From Diplonema japonicum (lineage: Eukaryota; Protista; Euglenozoa: Diplonemea): a DNA stretch of 64,000 nt. The notes below the pieces were generated by a model, which was not told the origin of the DNA, did not search any database, and saw only the letters and a list, made by a program, of their open reading frames with translations. Every line of letters begins with the position of its first letter. Position 1 is the first letter of the stretch. The DNA is taken from contig OZ025732.1 in assembly GCA_964019335.1 (NCBI GenBank), positions 1 through 64,000 on the forward strand. Reading direction: 5' to 3'. The position numbers were made by a program, and so were the translations under genes. Positions 35,745 to 47,805 of the stretch are shown here, in pieces.

Positions 35745-35870
35745 AGAAACCATTGACTTGAATGCTATGACCAATCTTTCTTCTGTTGGTCATTGTTTCT
35801 TGTCAGGGTGCAAGAACTTGAAAACCATCAACTTGAATGGGATGACCAATCTTTCTTCTATTGGTAATTC
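35745..35870 (+). pseudogene. Orphan LRR cassette (~1.7 units) fused in frame to PLE sequence
   Basis: LETIDLNAMTNLSSVGHCFLSGCKNLKTINLNGMTNLSSIGN, then unrelated sequence. Confidence 0.8.
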
Positions 35871-36520
35871 CACCGAACAAGGTAGAACGCAACCACCGTC
35901 GCCCCTACCTCAGAGTCCACCTAACCACCCGGCAATAGAAGACCTCCCCGAGGGGAACGACTGCCCCTGCAAAGCCTATGCCAAGGACGACAAGACGTGG
36001 AACGGACATGCCGTAGGGCTCTGCAAGAACCTGAAGAACCTAACCAAAGGACTTCAAGAAAGGTTCACTAGGGGCAGGAAGTACAGAGGCTGCGACGACA
36101 TCGAGGAGGCTGTCGACGAGTTCAAGGAACGGGTGGACGAATACATCGGGACGTACTACGAGGAAGCCACAGGAGGGGAAAAAATCGCGTTCAAAGAAGC
36201 GATTTTAGAAGAAGTGCAAAGAAGACAAGCAGCACTCCCCCCCACCAGCTACGAGGAACTGCGGGTTTGCACCTCGTATTCTGCCCCACGGACAAGGCTC
36301 TGCACGACTACGCCTACGTCTGCAAGAGAATGTACGTACACTGCATACGGGAAGAAACGGAACGCGACACGGCATACACAAACGTACCAGAGGGCAAGGC
36401 CTCCGTGGTCAATAAGCACAAGGCGCTGAACGAAGAGCACGGGTTCAGTACACACACCGAGAACCTCCCCTACTTGTATGGGACGCTCAAGTACACGAAG
36501 GACCCACCCAAGCGTGAATG
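35870..36520 (+). mobile_element. PLE fragment: linker and RT N-terminal motifs
   Basis: LVFCPTDKALHDYAYVCKRMY (DK motif) and LPYLYGTLKYTKDP (RT motif 1); this is the part deleted from the 14-kb copy. Confidence 0.7.
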
Positions 36521-36854
36521 CAGCACCGCTACTTTTGATAGTGTCCCTCATGGTCCCTTAGGGTCTAGAAAAAAGAAGAGAAAAAGAGAACAAAAAAAGC
36601 TAGCAAACAACAGGTTACCACCACATCCACACTCATACACACACGAGGAGGATGCTGCTGCGCTTCCTTATGTTCAAGCAGTGTGGGATTAGACTCGGAG
36701 CTTCAGTAGGTTTTTGTTTGAAAATAATTTTTATTTCTTGAGGATCTTCTTCTTCTTCATATTTCACTTCTGAAGCCTTCATGACAAGCACACAGGGAAA
36801 ATAAAAACAAACCAAAGAAGTGTTTGGGGGAAAAAGAACGAAAAGAAAAATAAC

Positions 36855-37739
36855 ATGAATGGCAAGAGTAAGAGATCAGATGAAGGGGTGAACGATATGA
36901 CAGTGTTCGTGAAGACGGGAGGTGGGGTTCACGATGTGGAAGTGTCGGGGAAGGAGACGGTGGGGAGCCTGTACAAGAAGGCGGGGTGTGCTGCTGGTTT
37001 ACTCGAAGGCAGGTTCAAACTGGTTTGGGAGGGTGAGGTCCTTGACAGGAATGGGGGTGAAGAGCTTCAGCAACTTGCCCTCGTGGAGGGCTCCGTGGTC
37101 CATGTGGAGGAGAACAAGAGGAGAACCGTTCGTCTGGCAGAGCTGAAGGACGAGAACTCAGGAGTGGTTTCGGAGCTTGAGGGTCTTGTGTCAGCTGACC
37201 CTGAGCTTGTTCTGGTGGTGGAGGTGGGGGACTCTCCAGCTGTCGAAGTCTTGTCCATGAGCAGCAGTGACCTTCCTTCTGGACTTCGGTTCCTCGTTGT
37301 CACCGACTCCACAGGCTGTGTTACAAGTATAGACAATGATTTTCTTCAAGAATGCCACCACCTGACGTCTGTCTCTCTCATCCTCCCCAATGTTTCAACC
37401 ATTAATCATTGCTTTTTAAGAGGGTGTAATAATCTAGAAACCATCGACTTGAATGCGATGACCAATCTTTCTTTTGTTGGTAATTGCTTCTTGTCAGGGT
37501 GCAAAAAACTTGAAACCATCGACTTGAATTCGATGACCAATCTTTATTCCATTGGTGATTACTTCTTGGAGGAGTGCAAAAAACTAGAAACCATCAACCT
37601 GAATGCGATGACCAATCTTTCTTCCATTGGTGATTGCTTCTTGTTTGGGTGCGAAAATCTAGAACCCATCGACTTGAACGCGATGACCAATCTTTCTTCC
37701 GTTGGTGGGATCACTAAGAAATATTTATCCCATTGGTAA
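36855..37739 (+). CDS. Ubl-LRR protein, 3'-truncated after about 3.5 LRRs
   Basis: 294-aa ORF with no C-cap. Confidence 0.8.
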   Translation: MNGKSKRSDEGVNDMTVFVKTGGGVHDVEVSGKETVGSLYKKAGCAAGLLEGRFKLVWEGEVLDRNGGEELQQLALVEGSVVHVEENKRRTVRLAELKDENSGVVSELEGLVSADPELVLVVEVGDSPAVEVLSMSSSDLPSGLRFLVVTDSTGCVTSIDNDFLQECHHLTSVSLILPNVSTINHCFLRGCNNLETIDLNAMTNLSFVGNCFLSGCKKLETIDLNSMTNLYSIGDYFLEECKKLETINLNAMTNLSSIGDCFLFGCENLEPIDLNAMTNLSSVGGITKKYLSHW

Positions 37740-38437
37740 CAATATAGATAGATAAATAGATAGCCTCCCCCCACCCAAGAGCGGCCCTCCATGAGGGGGG
37801 TTTGTCCTGCATTTCATTTGTATTTCTTTTCTTCTTTTTTTTTACTTGCAGTGGCTCCTCCGATGAATGGTAGGAATGCACCAGGGCCCTGATAAAAGGG
37901 TGGGGAGCCGCAGCGAGTGTGAGATGTTGGTGAAGGTGTCCTTGATGGGTTTTTAGGGGTCACGAGCTGGGAACTAGAAGGTGGGTTCTTTTTCGATTCA
38001 GTGTATTTTCTTCTTCCTCCCCCTTTCTTTTCGTACAGGAACTTGTCAAACGAACCCTTTCCTATCCAGGAAGTTGTTTTTTTCCTTTTTCCTCCTCCGT
38101 ATTTTTCTCTTCTTTTTTTTTTTTGTATGCGATACCTGTTGGAGGACCCGAGTCTCGCTCATGATCTGGAGCTGTTCGAAAGTGGGAGGGAGCTGAGCGA
38201 CCTCAGCAGGCTTCCTGTTGTTCAACTGATTTCAGTGACAAGAGCAAACTGATATTGTTTGCCTGATGCGCTCTCGTCCTGCTGAGGGGAAGGGACAAAG
38301 CACACTGAGCACATTCACTCACTTCGTTTCCTCTCTTCATGGTGAATTCTTTTTCCTCTTTTAATATCAACATGCCCAACTTTATATCAACAAACAACAG
38401 AGGATATCGAAAGAAAACAAGAAAAGAGACAAAACCA

Positions 38438-38756
38438 ACTAGAAACCATCAACTTAAATGCGATGACCAATCTTTCTTCTATTGGTGATCGCTTCTTGTC
38501 AGAGTGCAACAAATTAGAAACCATCAATTTGAATGCGATGACCAATATTGAATCCATTGGTGATCGCTTCTTGTCAGGGTGCGAAGAACTAGGAACCATC
38601 AACTTGAATGGGATGACCAATCTTTCTTCAATTGGTGATGACTTCTTGTCAGGGTGCAACAAATTAGAAACCATCGTTTTGAGAGGAGGCACTGATACTT
38701 TTATCGGGCTCTTCAAGGCTGAGGTGCCACTGGGGGTAAGTTTTTCAGATTCATGA
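38438..38756 (+). pseudogene. Orphan LRR cassettes (3 units) plus C-cap
   Basis: ORF 38463-38756 lacks the Ubl and N-cap. Confidence 0.85.
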
Positions 38757-39488
38757 TCCCAACCCCTCATGATTATCCCAATGTTTTTTATTGTTTTCCA
38801 ATTGGTTTTTTTACTGTCATATTATTTGTCTTTTTCTGCAGTGGCTCCTCCGATGAATGGTAGGAATGCACCAGGGCCCTGATAAAAGGGTGGGGAGCCG
38901 CAGCGAGTGTAGCAGTGTATTTTCTTCTTTCCCCAGGGCTTTCCCCCCCCTTTTTTTTTCTTTTTTTTGTGGTTTTATGTCTCATCTTTTCTTCACTTTC
39001 TTTTATGAAGAGTATTATTATTGTGTTCCTGTGAGTTTACCTTCAAGGCAAGTACAGGAAGAAAGAAAAAAACAAAAATAAAATAAAATGGGAGGCATGC
39101 TGTGAGCGGAGAAGAACAAAAGCACTAACGAAACGCTGAAAGCAGCTGGGGACAAAGCGAGGGATGGATGACCACACGTAGTGCAACCTCAATGCACGCC
39201 GTGCCCTCACAGCACCCTTAGTTAACACTTAGCAAGTGACTTGAAGGGCACCAGGTGGTTGCAATTAAAAAGAACAGCCCCACTCCGTACCCCCTACAGC
39301 AGGAAGGCGTGCAACATCGGGGAGTAGCTGTACGGGATGTCCTACGCCAAGACGTCAGACAACGACGACGACCCTGGGGAGCTTGTTGTGTCTCGATCTT
39401 CACCTTCATTTATATATTTCCTCGTTTGCAAGATCACTTTCAAACAGAAACACAACAACAAAAATAAAAAAAGAAAAGAAGAAAAGAA

Positions 39489-40418
39489 ATGAACGATATG
39501 ACAGTGTTCGTGAAGACGGGAGGTGGGGTTCACGATGTGGAAGTGTCGGGGAAGGAGACGGTGGGGAGCCTGTACAAGAAGGCGGGGTGTGCTGCTGGTT
39601 TACTCGAAGGCAGGTTCAAACTGGTTTGGGAGGGTGAGGTCCTTGACAGGAATGGGGGTGAAGAGCTTCAGCAACTTGCCCTCGTGGGGGGCTCCGTGGT
39701 CCATGTGGAGGAGAACAAGAGGAGAACCGTTCGTTTGGCAGAGCTGAAGGACGAGAACTCAGGAGTGGTTTCGGAGCTTGAGGGTCTTGTGTCAGCTGAT
39801 CCTGAGCTTGTTCTGGTGGTGGAGGTGGGGGACTCTCCAGCTGTCGAAGTCTTGTCCATGAGCAGCAGTGACCTTCCTTCTGGACTTCGGTTCCTTGTTG
39901 TCACCGACTCCACAGGCTGTGTTACTAGTACGGACAATGGTTTTCTTCGAGATTGCAACCACCTGACGTCTGTCTCTCTCATCCTCCCCAATGTTTCTAG
40001 CATTTATCATAATTTTTTAAGAGGGTGCAGAAATCTAGAAACCATCGACTTGAATTCGATGACCCATCTGTCTTCCATTGGTGATTCTGGCTTCTTGTAT
40101 GGGTGTAAAAAACTTGAAACCATCGACTTGAATTCAATGACCAATTTTTATCCCATTATTAATTCCATAAGTGGTGAATGGATGCGAAAAACTATCGTTT
40201 TGAGAGGAGGCACTGATAATCTTTGCTTGCTTTTGAAGCCTAAAGTGAACCCTACATCTCTTCCTAGACTGTCCATCATCCAAAGCAAGCAGGGACAAAC
40301 ACTTCGACACCCTGACGCTGAGACACATCCTTGTGGAGAACCCACGAAAAGCAATCCAATACCTCGAAGACACCGGGGACCTGCCCCCCTCCGCAACAAC
40401 TCCACAACAACCATCTAA
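39489..40418 (+). pseudogene. Ubl-LRR member with 1-2 LRRs, running into a LINE B 3' fragment near 40250
   Basis: 40253-40360 matches 50311-50413. Confidence 0.8.
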
Positions 40419-40619
40419 CCTGCCGAAGTAGCAAGCCAATCAGAAGGCGGCTGAGGCACATATGATTCATTCAGAATCCCGAGATCCCATCCCGGATCCC
40501 CAAGAGTGCACAATCCTGTTTCTCGCAGAAACAGAGAACATTTCAACCCCCCACAGACGAATCCGACGCAGCAGTGAAAATAAAAAGAAAGAAAGCCCCT
40601 GCACAAGTTTTTCCCCATT

Positions 40620-40651
<32 letters not shown>

Positions 40652-40808
40652 CCATTAGCCAACAGTGGAAAGAGAATACCCATGTCACAAAGGTGCTAGA
40701 ACAATAACACAGGCCGACACGAAAGCACGAACGTCTCAACACACTTCCCCGTTGGCTCCACACAGCCCAGATGGGTGGGGTCGGTCTGGCTAGACCAAGA
40801 GGAGGTGG

Positions 40809-40861
<53 letters not shown>

Positions 40862-41031
40862 GATACTGAGGTCCGGCACCCGCAGTAACCAAAAAAAAAG
40901 AAAAGTGTAAAGTAAGCCAAACAACCAGCAAAGCTTGTGGATGAGAACACCAGTACGGTCATGAGTACCCGGGCAACCGGGTGAGCGTCTCGTGGGTGCG
41001 GCCTTAGCAAGTCGAAAAGGAAGTGGAATTA

Positions 41032-41064
<33 letters not shown>

Positions 41065-41605
41065 ATCAAATGTGTTGTTCGCTGTTGACCTCCTCGTCGG
41101 TCATCACCGGTAGCGCTCGAGTGGAAGAACGTATTGCAGATGCTCAGGGTGACGGTGTCTCGAGACACTTCCAACCCACCTAGTGGGTGCGGCCTTAGCA
41201 AGTCGAAAAGGAAGTGGAATTTAAAAAAAAAAAGAAAAGTAGCAGTAGGCGGCAGAGGCACTTATGATTTAATCAGAATCCCGAGATCCCATCCCTGATC
41301 CCCAGGAGTGCACAATCCTGTTTCTCGCGGAAACAGAGAACCAGCCCCCCACCACAGCAGCCGGACGCAGCAGTGTGAAAAAAAGAGTTTTATATAACTC
41401 CAGTCAGATTTTCAAGGGTGGGAGTGAATATAATATTTCGCATTATTTCACGCTTCACTTTATTTTCATTGCAGATTTCAGACTTGTTTTAGGAAGAAAA
41501 CAGGGGCAGAAATGAAAATTACTTTATGAGTGAATATAAAGTACTTTATATTCACGCTTGCCCTATTTTCACTGCACAGCAAGGGGTCGGGGGCGCAAAC
41601 ACGGA

Positions 41606-41680
41606 AAAGAAATCACCTAAGTGGTTACCACACAGGCCTCTTGTTTTGGAAACCCTGGTTCGAATCTGGGAATCTCACTT
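41606..41680 (+). pseudogene. Degenerate tRNA-like sequence
   Basis: AAGTGGTTA A-box remnant; CCTGGTTCGAATCTGGG T arm; T5 run downstream. Confidence 0.4.
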
Positions 41681-41974
41681 TTTACGTCACTCAAGGATCT
41701 GGTCGCCTATCTCAACAGAAGGGGAGAGAGGTGGGCTTGGCAAGCCAGCAGCGGTGACAGCTGCTAGTGGGGCAACCTCAGCAACCCAGGCAGCAGCCTC
41801 ACAGGTCCAGACCGAGGTCCTGTCAGCACTCATGGATGCACAGCCCACACCACACAGGATATGCCTTGACAATCAATATCAACCATAAGCACCCCCAGTA
41901 AAATTTTAACTTGTAACTTGTAACCTGTAATACCCCACCCTTTCAAATCTGACTGACGTTAAATAAAACAACGG

Positions 41975-42159
41975 ATTTAGTGAAAATAGATCCGATTTTC
42001 ACTTGTGGTGGCATGTTTAACTCGTTGATGTTACTTCACTCGCTTCGCTCGTGAAGTAGACATTCATGACTGCACTCGCTTCGCTCGTGAAGTCATATAC
42101 CCACTCGTTAAACCACTGCCACCACGCGTGAAAATCATACGATCTTATTTTCACTAAAT
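41975..42159. mobile_element. Palindromic MITE-like element with two internal CACTCGCTTCGCTCGTG hairpins
   Basis: ATTTAGTGAAAATAGATC...GATCTTATTTTCACTAAAT and GATTTTCAC..GTGGTGGCA / TGCCACCAC..GTGAAAATC inverted arms. Confidence 0.7.
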
Positions 42160-42273
42160 AAATAGTTATTATTTTTGTTTTTATTTTTATATAACTCGAG
42201 CAGGGTTTTCAAGGGTGGGAGTGAAAATAAGATTTTACTTTATGTTGTGGAAAAAAATGTACCCTGTACAGGA

Positions 42274-42323
<50 letters not shown>

Positions 42324-43010
42324 AAAAAGGGAATAAAAATGAGAAAGAATGAAAAAAAAAAAAAACCTCTTTTCTTCATCCTCTTTTCTTCATCCTCTTT
42401 TCTTCCCCTTCCCCCAGAGCTGTTTTGTGGTTTTATCTCTTTTTTATTTCTTCCCTTTTCTTTTATGAAGAGTATTATTATTGTGTTCCTGTGAGTTTAC
42501 CTTCAAGGCAAGTACAGGAAGAAGAAGTAACAAAAAAAAGGGAGGAATGCTGTGAGCGGAGAAGAACAAAAGCACTAACGAAACCACCCTCCTCAGCAAC
42601 GTCGGGTGCTCACTCCCAAAAATCAAAGATGGCTGCATTGAAGGGTGCCTCTCGCCTGATAGCCTGGAGGAGTTGCGAGATTTGTCCAAAGCTGAGAGAT
42701 CCCCTCTCCTTTCTTCTAGGGGCCTGCTCGTGCGGAGTTTGTATGTGCCGCCCCGGGGCATCCTCTGCTCAACCCGGCGGACGTGGGAGGCCCTTCTTCG
42801 GAAGGTGCCAGTCGCTTGATCAGTGCCATCGAATGCGCGCTATATTTTATAAGTACATATAACAATCGATCGAAAGAAGAAGAACGCATACCAAGGAGTT
42901 TGCATGTGACATCGACTTTCTATTTCTTCGTTTGTAAGATCACTTTCAAAGACAGGGCTTGAGAGAGAAACAGAACAGAAACATAACAACAACAAAAGAG
43001 AAGAAAAGAA

Positions 43011-44093
43011 ATGAACGATATGACAGTGTTCGTGAAGACGGGAGGTGGGGTTCACGATGTGGAAGTGTCGGGGAAGGAGACGGTGGGGAGCCTGTACAAG
43101 AAGGCGGGGTGTGCTGCTGGTTTACTCGAAGGCAGGTTCAAACTGGTTTGGGAGGGTGAGGTCCTTGACAGGAATGGGGGTGAAGAGCTTCATTCACTTG
43201 CCCTCGTGGAGGGCTCCGTGGTCCATGTGGAGGAGAACAAGAGGAGAACCGTTCGTCTGGCAGAGCTGAAGGACGAGAACTCAGGAGTGGTTTCGGAGCT
43301 TGAGGGTCTTGTGTCAGCTGACCCTGAGCTTGTTCTGGTGGTGGAGGTGGGGGACTCTCCAGCTGTCGAAGTCTTGTCCATGAGCAGCAGTAACCTTCCT
43401 TCTGGACTTCGGTTCCTTGTTGTCACCGACTCCACAGGCTGTGTTACAAGTATAGACAATGGTTTTCTTCGGGCTTGCCACCACCTGACGTCTGTCTCTC
43501 TCATCCTCCCCAATGTTTCTACCATTCGTAATTACTTTTTAAGCGACTGCAGAAATCTAGAAACCATTGACTTGAATGTGATGACCAATCTTTCTTCTAT
43601 TGGTGATTATTTCTTGTCAGACTGCAACAAGTTAGAAACCATCGACTTGAATGCGATGACCAATCTTTCTTCCATTGGTGATTACTTCTTGTCATGGTGC
43701 GAAAAACTTGAAACCATCAACCTGAATGCGATGACCAATCTTTCTTCTATTGGTGATTACTTTTTGTGTGCGTGCCCTAGACTGAAAACCATCAACTTGA
43801 ATGCGATGACCAATCTGTCTTCCATTGGTGATTTCTTCTTGTCATGGTGCGGAAAATTTGAAACCATTGACTTGAATGCGATGACCAATCTTTCTTCTAT
43901 TGGTGATGACTTCTTGTTTGGGTGCAACAAGTTAGAAACCATCGTTTTGAGAGGAGGCACTGATACTTTTCAGTGGCTTTTAAAGGCTAAGGTGCCACCA
44001 GGGGTAAGTTTTTCAGATGACACCCCAACCCCTGCACCTCGTGCCGAAAAGGAGGAAGACTTATCGAAGCTGCTTCTTATTAAACAAGACTGA
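43011..44093 (+). CDS. Ubl-LRR protein, 5 LRRs
   Basis: Intact 360-aa ORF. Confidence 0.9.
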   Translation: MNDMTVFVKTGGGVHDVEVSGKETVGSLYKKAGCAAGLLEGRFKLVWEGEVLDRNGGEELHSLALVEGSVVHVEENKRRTVRLAELKDENSGVVSELEGLVSADPELVLVVEVGDSPAVEVLSMSSSNLPSGLRFLVVTDSTGCVTSIDNGFLRACHHLTSVSLILPNVSTIRNYFLSDCRNLETIDLNVMTNLSSIGDYFLSDCNKLETIDLNAMTNLSSIGDYFLSWCEKLETINLNAMTNLSSIGDYFLCACPRLKTINLNAMTNLSSIGDFFLSWCGKFETIDLNAMTNLSSIGDDFLFGCNKLETIVLRGGTDTFQWLLKAKVPPGVSFSDDTPTPAPRAEKEEDLSKLLLIKQD

Positions 44094-44129
44094 GATCTAC
44101 TGTGAAAATAAAGTGAAGCGTGAAATAAA

Positions 44130-44994
44130 GTGAAATATACCGCACCCTCCTTTTTTTTTATTCGACTCTCTGTTTTCGTATGCAGTATTTATCATTCTTC
44201 ACCGACGCGTCTGAACCAGCACTTCCTGGCGAACAGGCCGTCTTTTCTCTTTTCCTTTCTCACTTCGTTCCGTTATTTTCATTATTCTTTCCGGCGATAG
44301 ACTGATACGGGCCATGGAAGCAACCTCTGCTTAATTCTTGGTACGTGGGAGGCTCCTCTTGAGGATGTCAGTCACCGGTCTCTATTACAACGAATCGCAG
44401 TGGTCGACTGTCCTGCATTCCTACAACTAGGAACAATCGGAAACAACCCTACACAATGTAGGAGTGCCGGCCCGGCGTGCTACGAGGGCGATAGGCTATG
44501 CAAGGTTTCACAGACCTCGCACCCTATTATTTAGTTTCCACCCTTTCCATTTTCTTTCCAATTTTAAACTTGTTATTACCCTTTCTGTTTTTCCCTTTTC
44601 CTACATGTTTTCGGTCCCGGGTATGACGTTAAACTGCGTCCGCCGACGCGTCTGAACCAGCACTTCCTGGCGACCAGGCCGTCTTTTCTCTTTTCCTTCT
44701 TCACTTCGTTCCGTTATTTTCATCATTCTTTCCGGCGATAGACTGATACGGGCCATGGAAGCAACCTCTGCTTAATTCCTGGTACGTGGGAGGCTCCTCT
44801 TGAGGATGTCAGTCACCTTTTTCCCTTTATATTCGACTCTCTGTTTTCGTATGCAGTATTTATTCTTTTCCACCCCTTTTTATCTATTTCTCCGCTTTTT
44901 TACCCTAATTTAAAATCATTTCAGTCACCTTTATCCTTTTTTATTCGACTCTCTGTTTTCGTATGCAGTATTTATTCTTTTCCACCCCTTTTTA
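44130..44994 (+). mobile_element. Tandem partial copies of the PLE subfamily A 3' end (pseudo-LTR-like)
   Basis: 44202-44376 and 44380-44924 match 18612-18786 and 18348-18892. Confidence 0.85.
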
Positions 44995-47805
44995 ATCCTC
45001 TGCATCCCAGACGATGTGTGGGCCAGGACAACCCCAGGCAGGAAACACAACACACGTGTTCTAGACCCTGAGGCTGAGTTTCGCCAGTTTGAGCCGGTCA
45101 TCACCCCGGCGGGACCCCAGGTAAGCGACTCGAGCGCGCGAAAGACTGAGACCGCTCTCAACACCCCGGAAGATCGCACCCTCCTAACTTATGTCACCCT
45201 AGCTGCAGCTATAGCTACATATGCCGCACGCACCCGACGGCTCGACACAGGAGTCGCCGCATCAGGTGTGGACGCACACACCGCTCACTTCGGGCGGCCC
45301 GTCGCCACCGCCATCGTAGCCCTAGCTGCCGCCGTGGCCGCGCGAGCCGTGCACACCGGATGCTCTGTCACCACCACGTCTACGGCAAGCCAGACTAACG
45401 TGATCGGCATTGTCCCGCTCTTCCTGAAGGTCTCGAGTCTGCACAAGTCTACACCACAGACAGCAGTCGCAACCTGTCAGACGGACCGTGTCACAGCACC
45501 TGTACTGTTCTCGATATCATCGACGCTCCAGACGGATCCTCCCAGCAGTAGACTGCCCCCGATGGACGCCGGACTGGGGTCGCCCTCGGCCGCGGCGGTC
45601 AGACTTACGAAGTCTGTCGAAATTCCGACGCCCCGCGCGACCCTGTCGAGGCGGCTGGTTACTGAGCCTCGGTTGACACCATGCCTTCCACCGCCAACGG
45701 ACGTGTCATCCACCCAGCTCGCGGCCTGCACTCAGTCCACCCGTCGGGACACCGGACACGGGAGTGACACACCGATGCCGTCGTCTACCATGGGACACGC
45801 GACACTCCAACCAGTGGTCGGCTCCCAGATTGTGACAACGTCGGCTGTGGAGTCATCGCTCGCCCGAGCCGTGACAACGCCCGTTCTGGCAGACGCCCCC
45901 CTCGGCGCCCGCCAGGTACAGCTCACTCCTTGCATCCAGTCCGTCCATGAGAACATCGGACTCGGGATGGATACGCCGATGGCTCCCGCCATGGGACACG
46001 CGACGCTTCAACCGGTGGTCAACGCCCAGAGAGACACGACGCTGACCCTGGAGCCGCCCGTGGCCCGAGCCGAGGCAGACGCTCCCCTAGACCCTCACCA
46101 GGCGGATGGTGGTTTAGAAATGATCGACCTCACGCAGGACTCCCCGGACAGACCCTCGCGCAAGAAGAAGCACGACGGCACTGCTTACGAGCACGAAAGC
46201 CGTCGTGGTAAGAGTTCCTCCACAGGCGATGGGGATCTTCTCATCCTGCGCGAGCAGTCACAGGGTTTTGATCAGGAAGCCCTCAACCGAAGGGCCCTCC
46301 AGAGACGGATGGATCGATACCTCAGTCTCTTGGTCTACTTCCGGCGACACCCGGAGCTCTTGGACGAACACCAGCGTCAGCTCCTGTCGGTCGGTCCCCT
46401 CCCGATGCACCTGGACACCTCTCCACATCAACTGCTGCTCGAGGCCCGTGACACGGATAGAACTGCCGACCAACAGGCAACCGTCGCCAACCAGGAACAG
46501 CTTCTTCTGATTGCGCACAAGGCGTTGCCTACCACCGAACGTCTTCGGTTGTCTCACGAATGGCACTCGGGGCTGAACACCGCGGTACAGCAACAGTGGT
46601 GGTCGGAGTTCTTCGCCCAAGGCGGCTGGAAACACCCACTCTTCGGTTCCGAGGCCCCAAGAGGTGACGAGACTAGGACTCCAGGGAGGACCCCTCTCCT
46701 GCTCACCTACAACGGGCAGAGGAACAAACGCCCGGAACCCGAAGACGGCCCCGCCCTTCCCGCGGCCAAACGGGATCTCGCCGCGACGAGGCCGAACACC
46801 AGAGTCACTGGACTTGTCGCCCTTAAGAGGCTCACCAGGGAAGCAGACGTCGACGGCCCTGAGGACCTGGATGAGCTTCGACACCTGGGCTTCCTTTCCC
46901 AGGGCGCGGCCGTCTTTGACCTCAGCTGCATGTCCAGGGCTTGCACACACTTCCTGGGTGAGACCCCCATGATCACGGTCCCCCTCGACACACGCGTCGC
47001 GATCCCGTGTCTGCTGGTCTGTTATGACTCGACGTGGCTCTACGCTTCCCGCCAGGAACAGGGCTTTCGGTTGCAGACCCAAGGGTTCAAGGACAAGTCG
47101 TATCCGACTGTGGCAGCCCTACTCGCTGACTTCGTGGGGGCAGGGACCCTCTACTACAGCGAGTCACAGTGGTCGACTGTGCTGAACTCCTACAACTAGG
47201 AACTACTGGAGACGACCCTACGCAATGTAGGAGTGCCGGCCCGGCGTGCTACGAGGGCGATAGGCTATGCAGGGTCTCACAGACCTCGCACCCTATGATT
47301 TTAGTTTCCACCTTTTCCTTTTCCACTTCTTGTCTTTTAACTTCCCTTCTGCTTTCCCAACATGGTTTCCGTCCCGGGTATGACGTTAAACTGCGTCCGC
47401 CGACGCATTTGGGTCAACATTCTCTGATGACCAAGCCGTCTTTTTCCGTTTCTTCTCCCCTTCTCTTTGTTATGTTATTTTCATTATTCTTTCTGGCGAT
47501 AGACTGATACGGGCCATGGAAGCAACCTCTGCTTAATTCCTGGTACGTGGGAGGCTCCTCTTGAGGATGTCAGTCACCTTTTCCCTTTTTTACTCGACTC
47601 TCTGTTTTCGTATGCAGTATTTATTCTTTCCCACCCCTTTTTATCTATTTCTTCGCTTCTTCATCCTAACTTAAAACCATTTCAGTCACCTTTTTCCCTT
47701 TATATTCGACTCTCTGTTTTCGTATGCAGTATTTATTCTTTTCCACCCCTTTTTAATTTTATTTTCTCGCTTCTTTATTCTAACTTACAATCATTTCAGT
47801 CACCT
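44995..47805 (+). mobile_element. 5'-truncated PLE subfamily B (C-terminal ORF 45016-47199, 3' UTR, repeated terminal unit)
   Basis: Identical translation to the last 727 aa of ORF 56888-60004. Confidence 0.9.
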
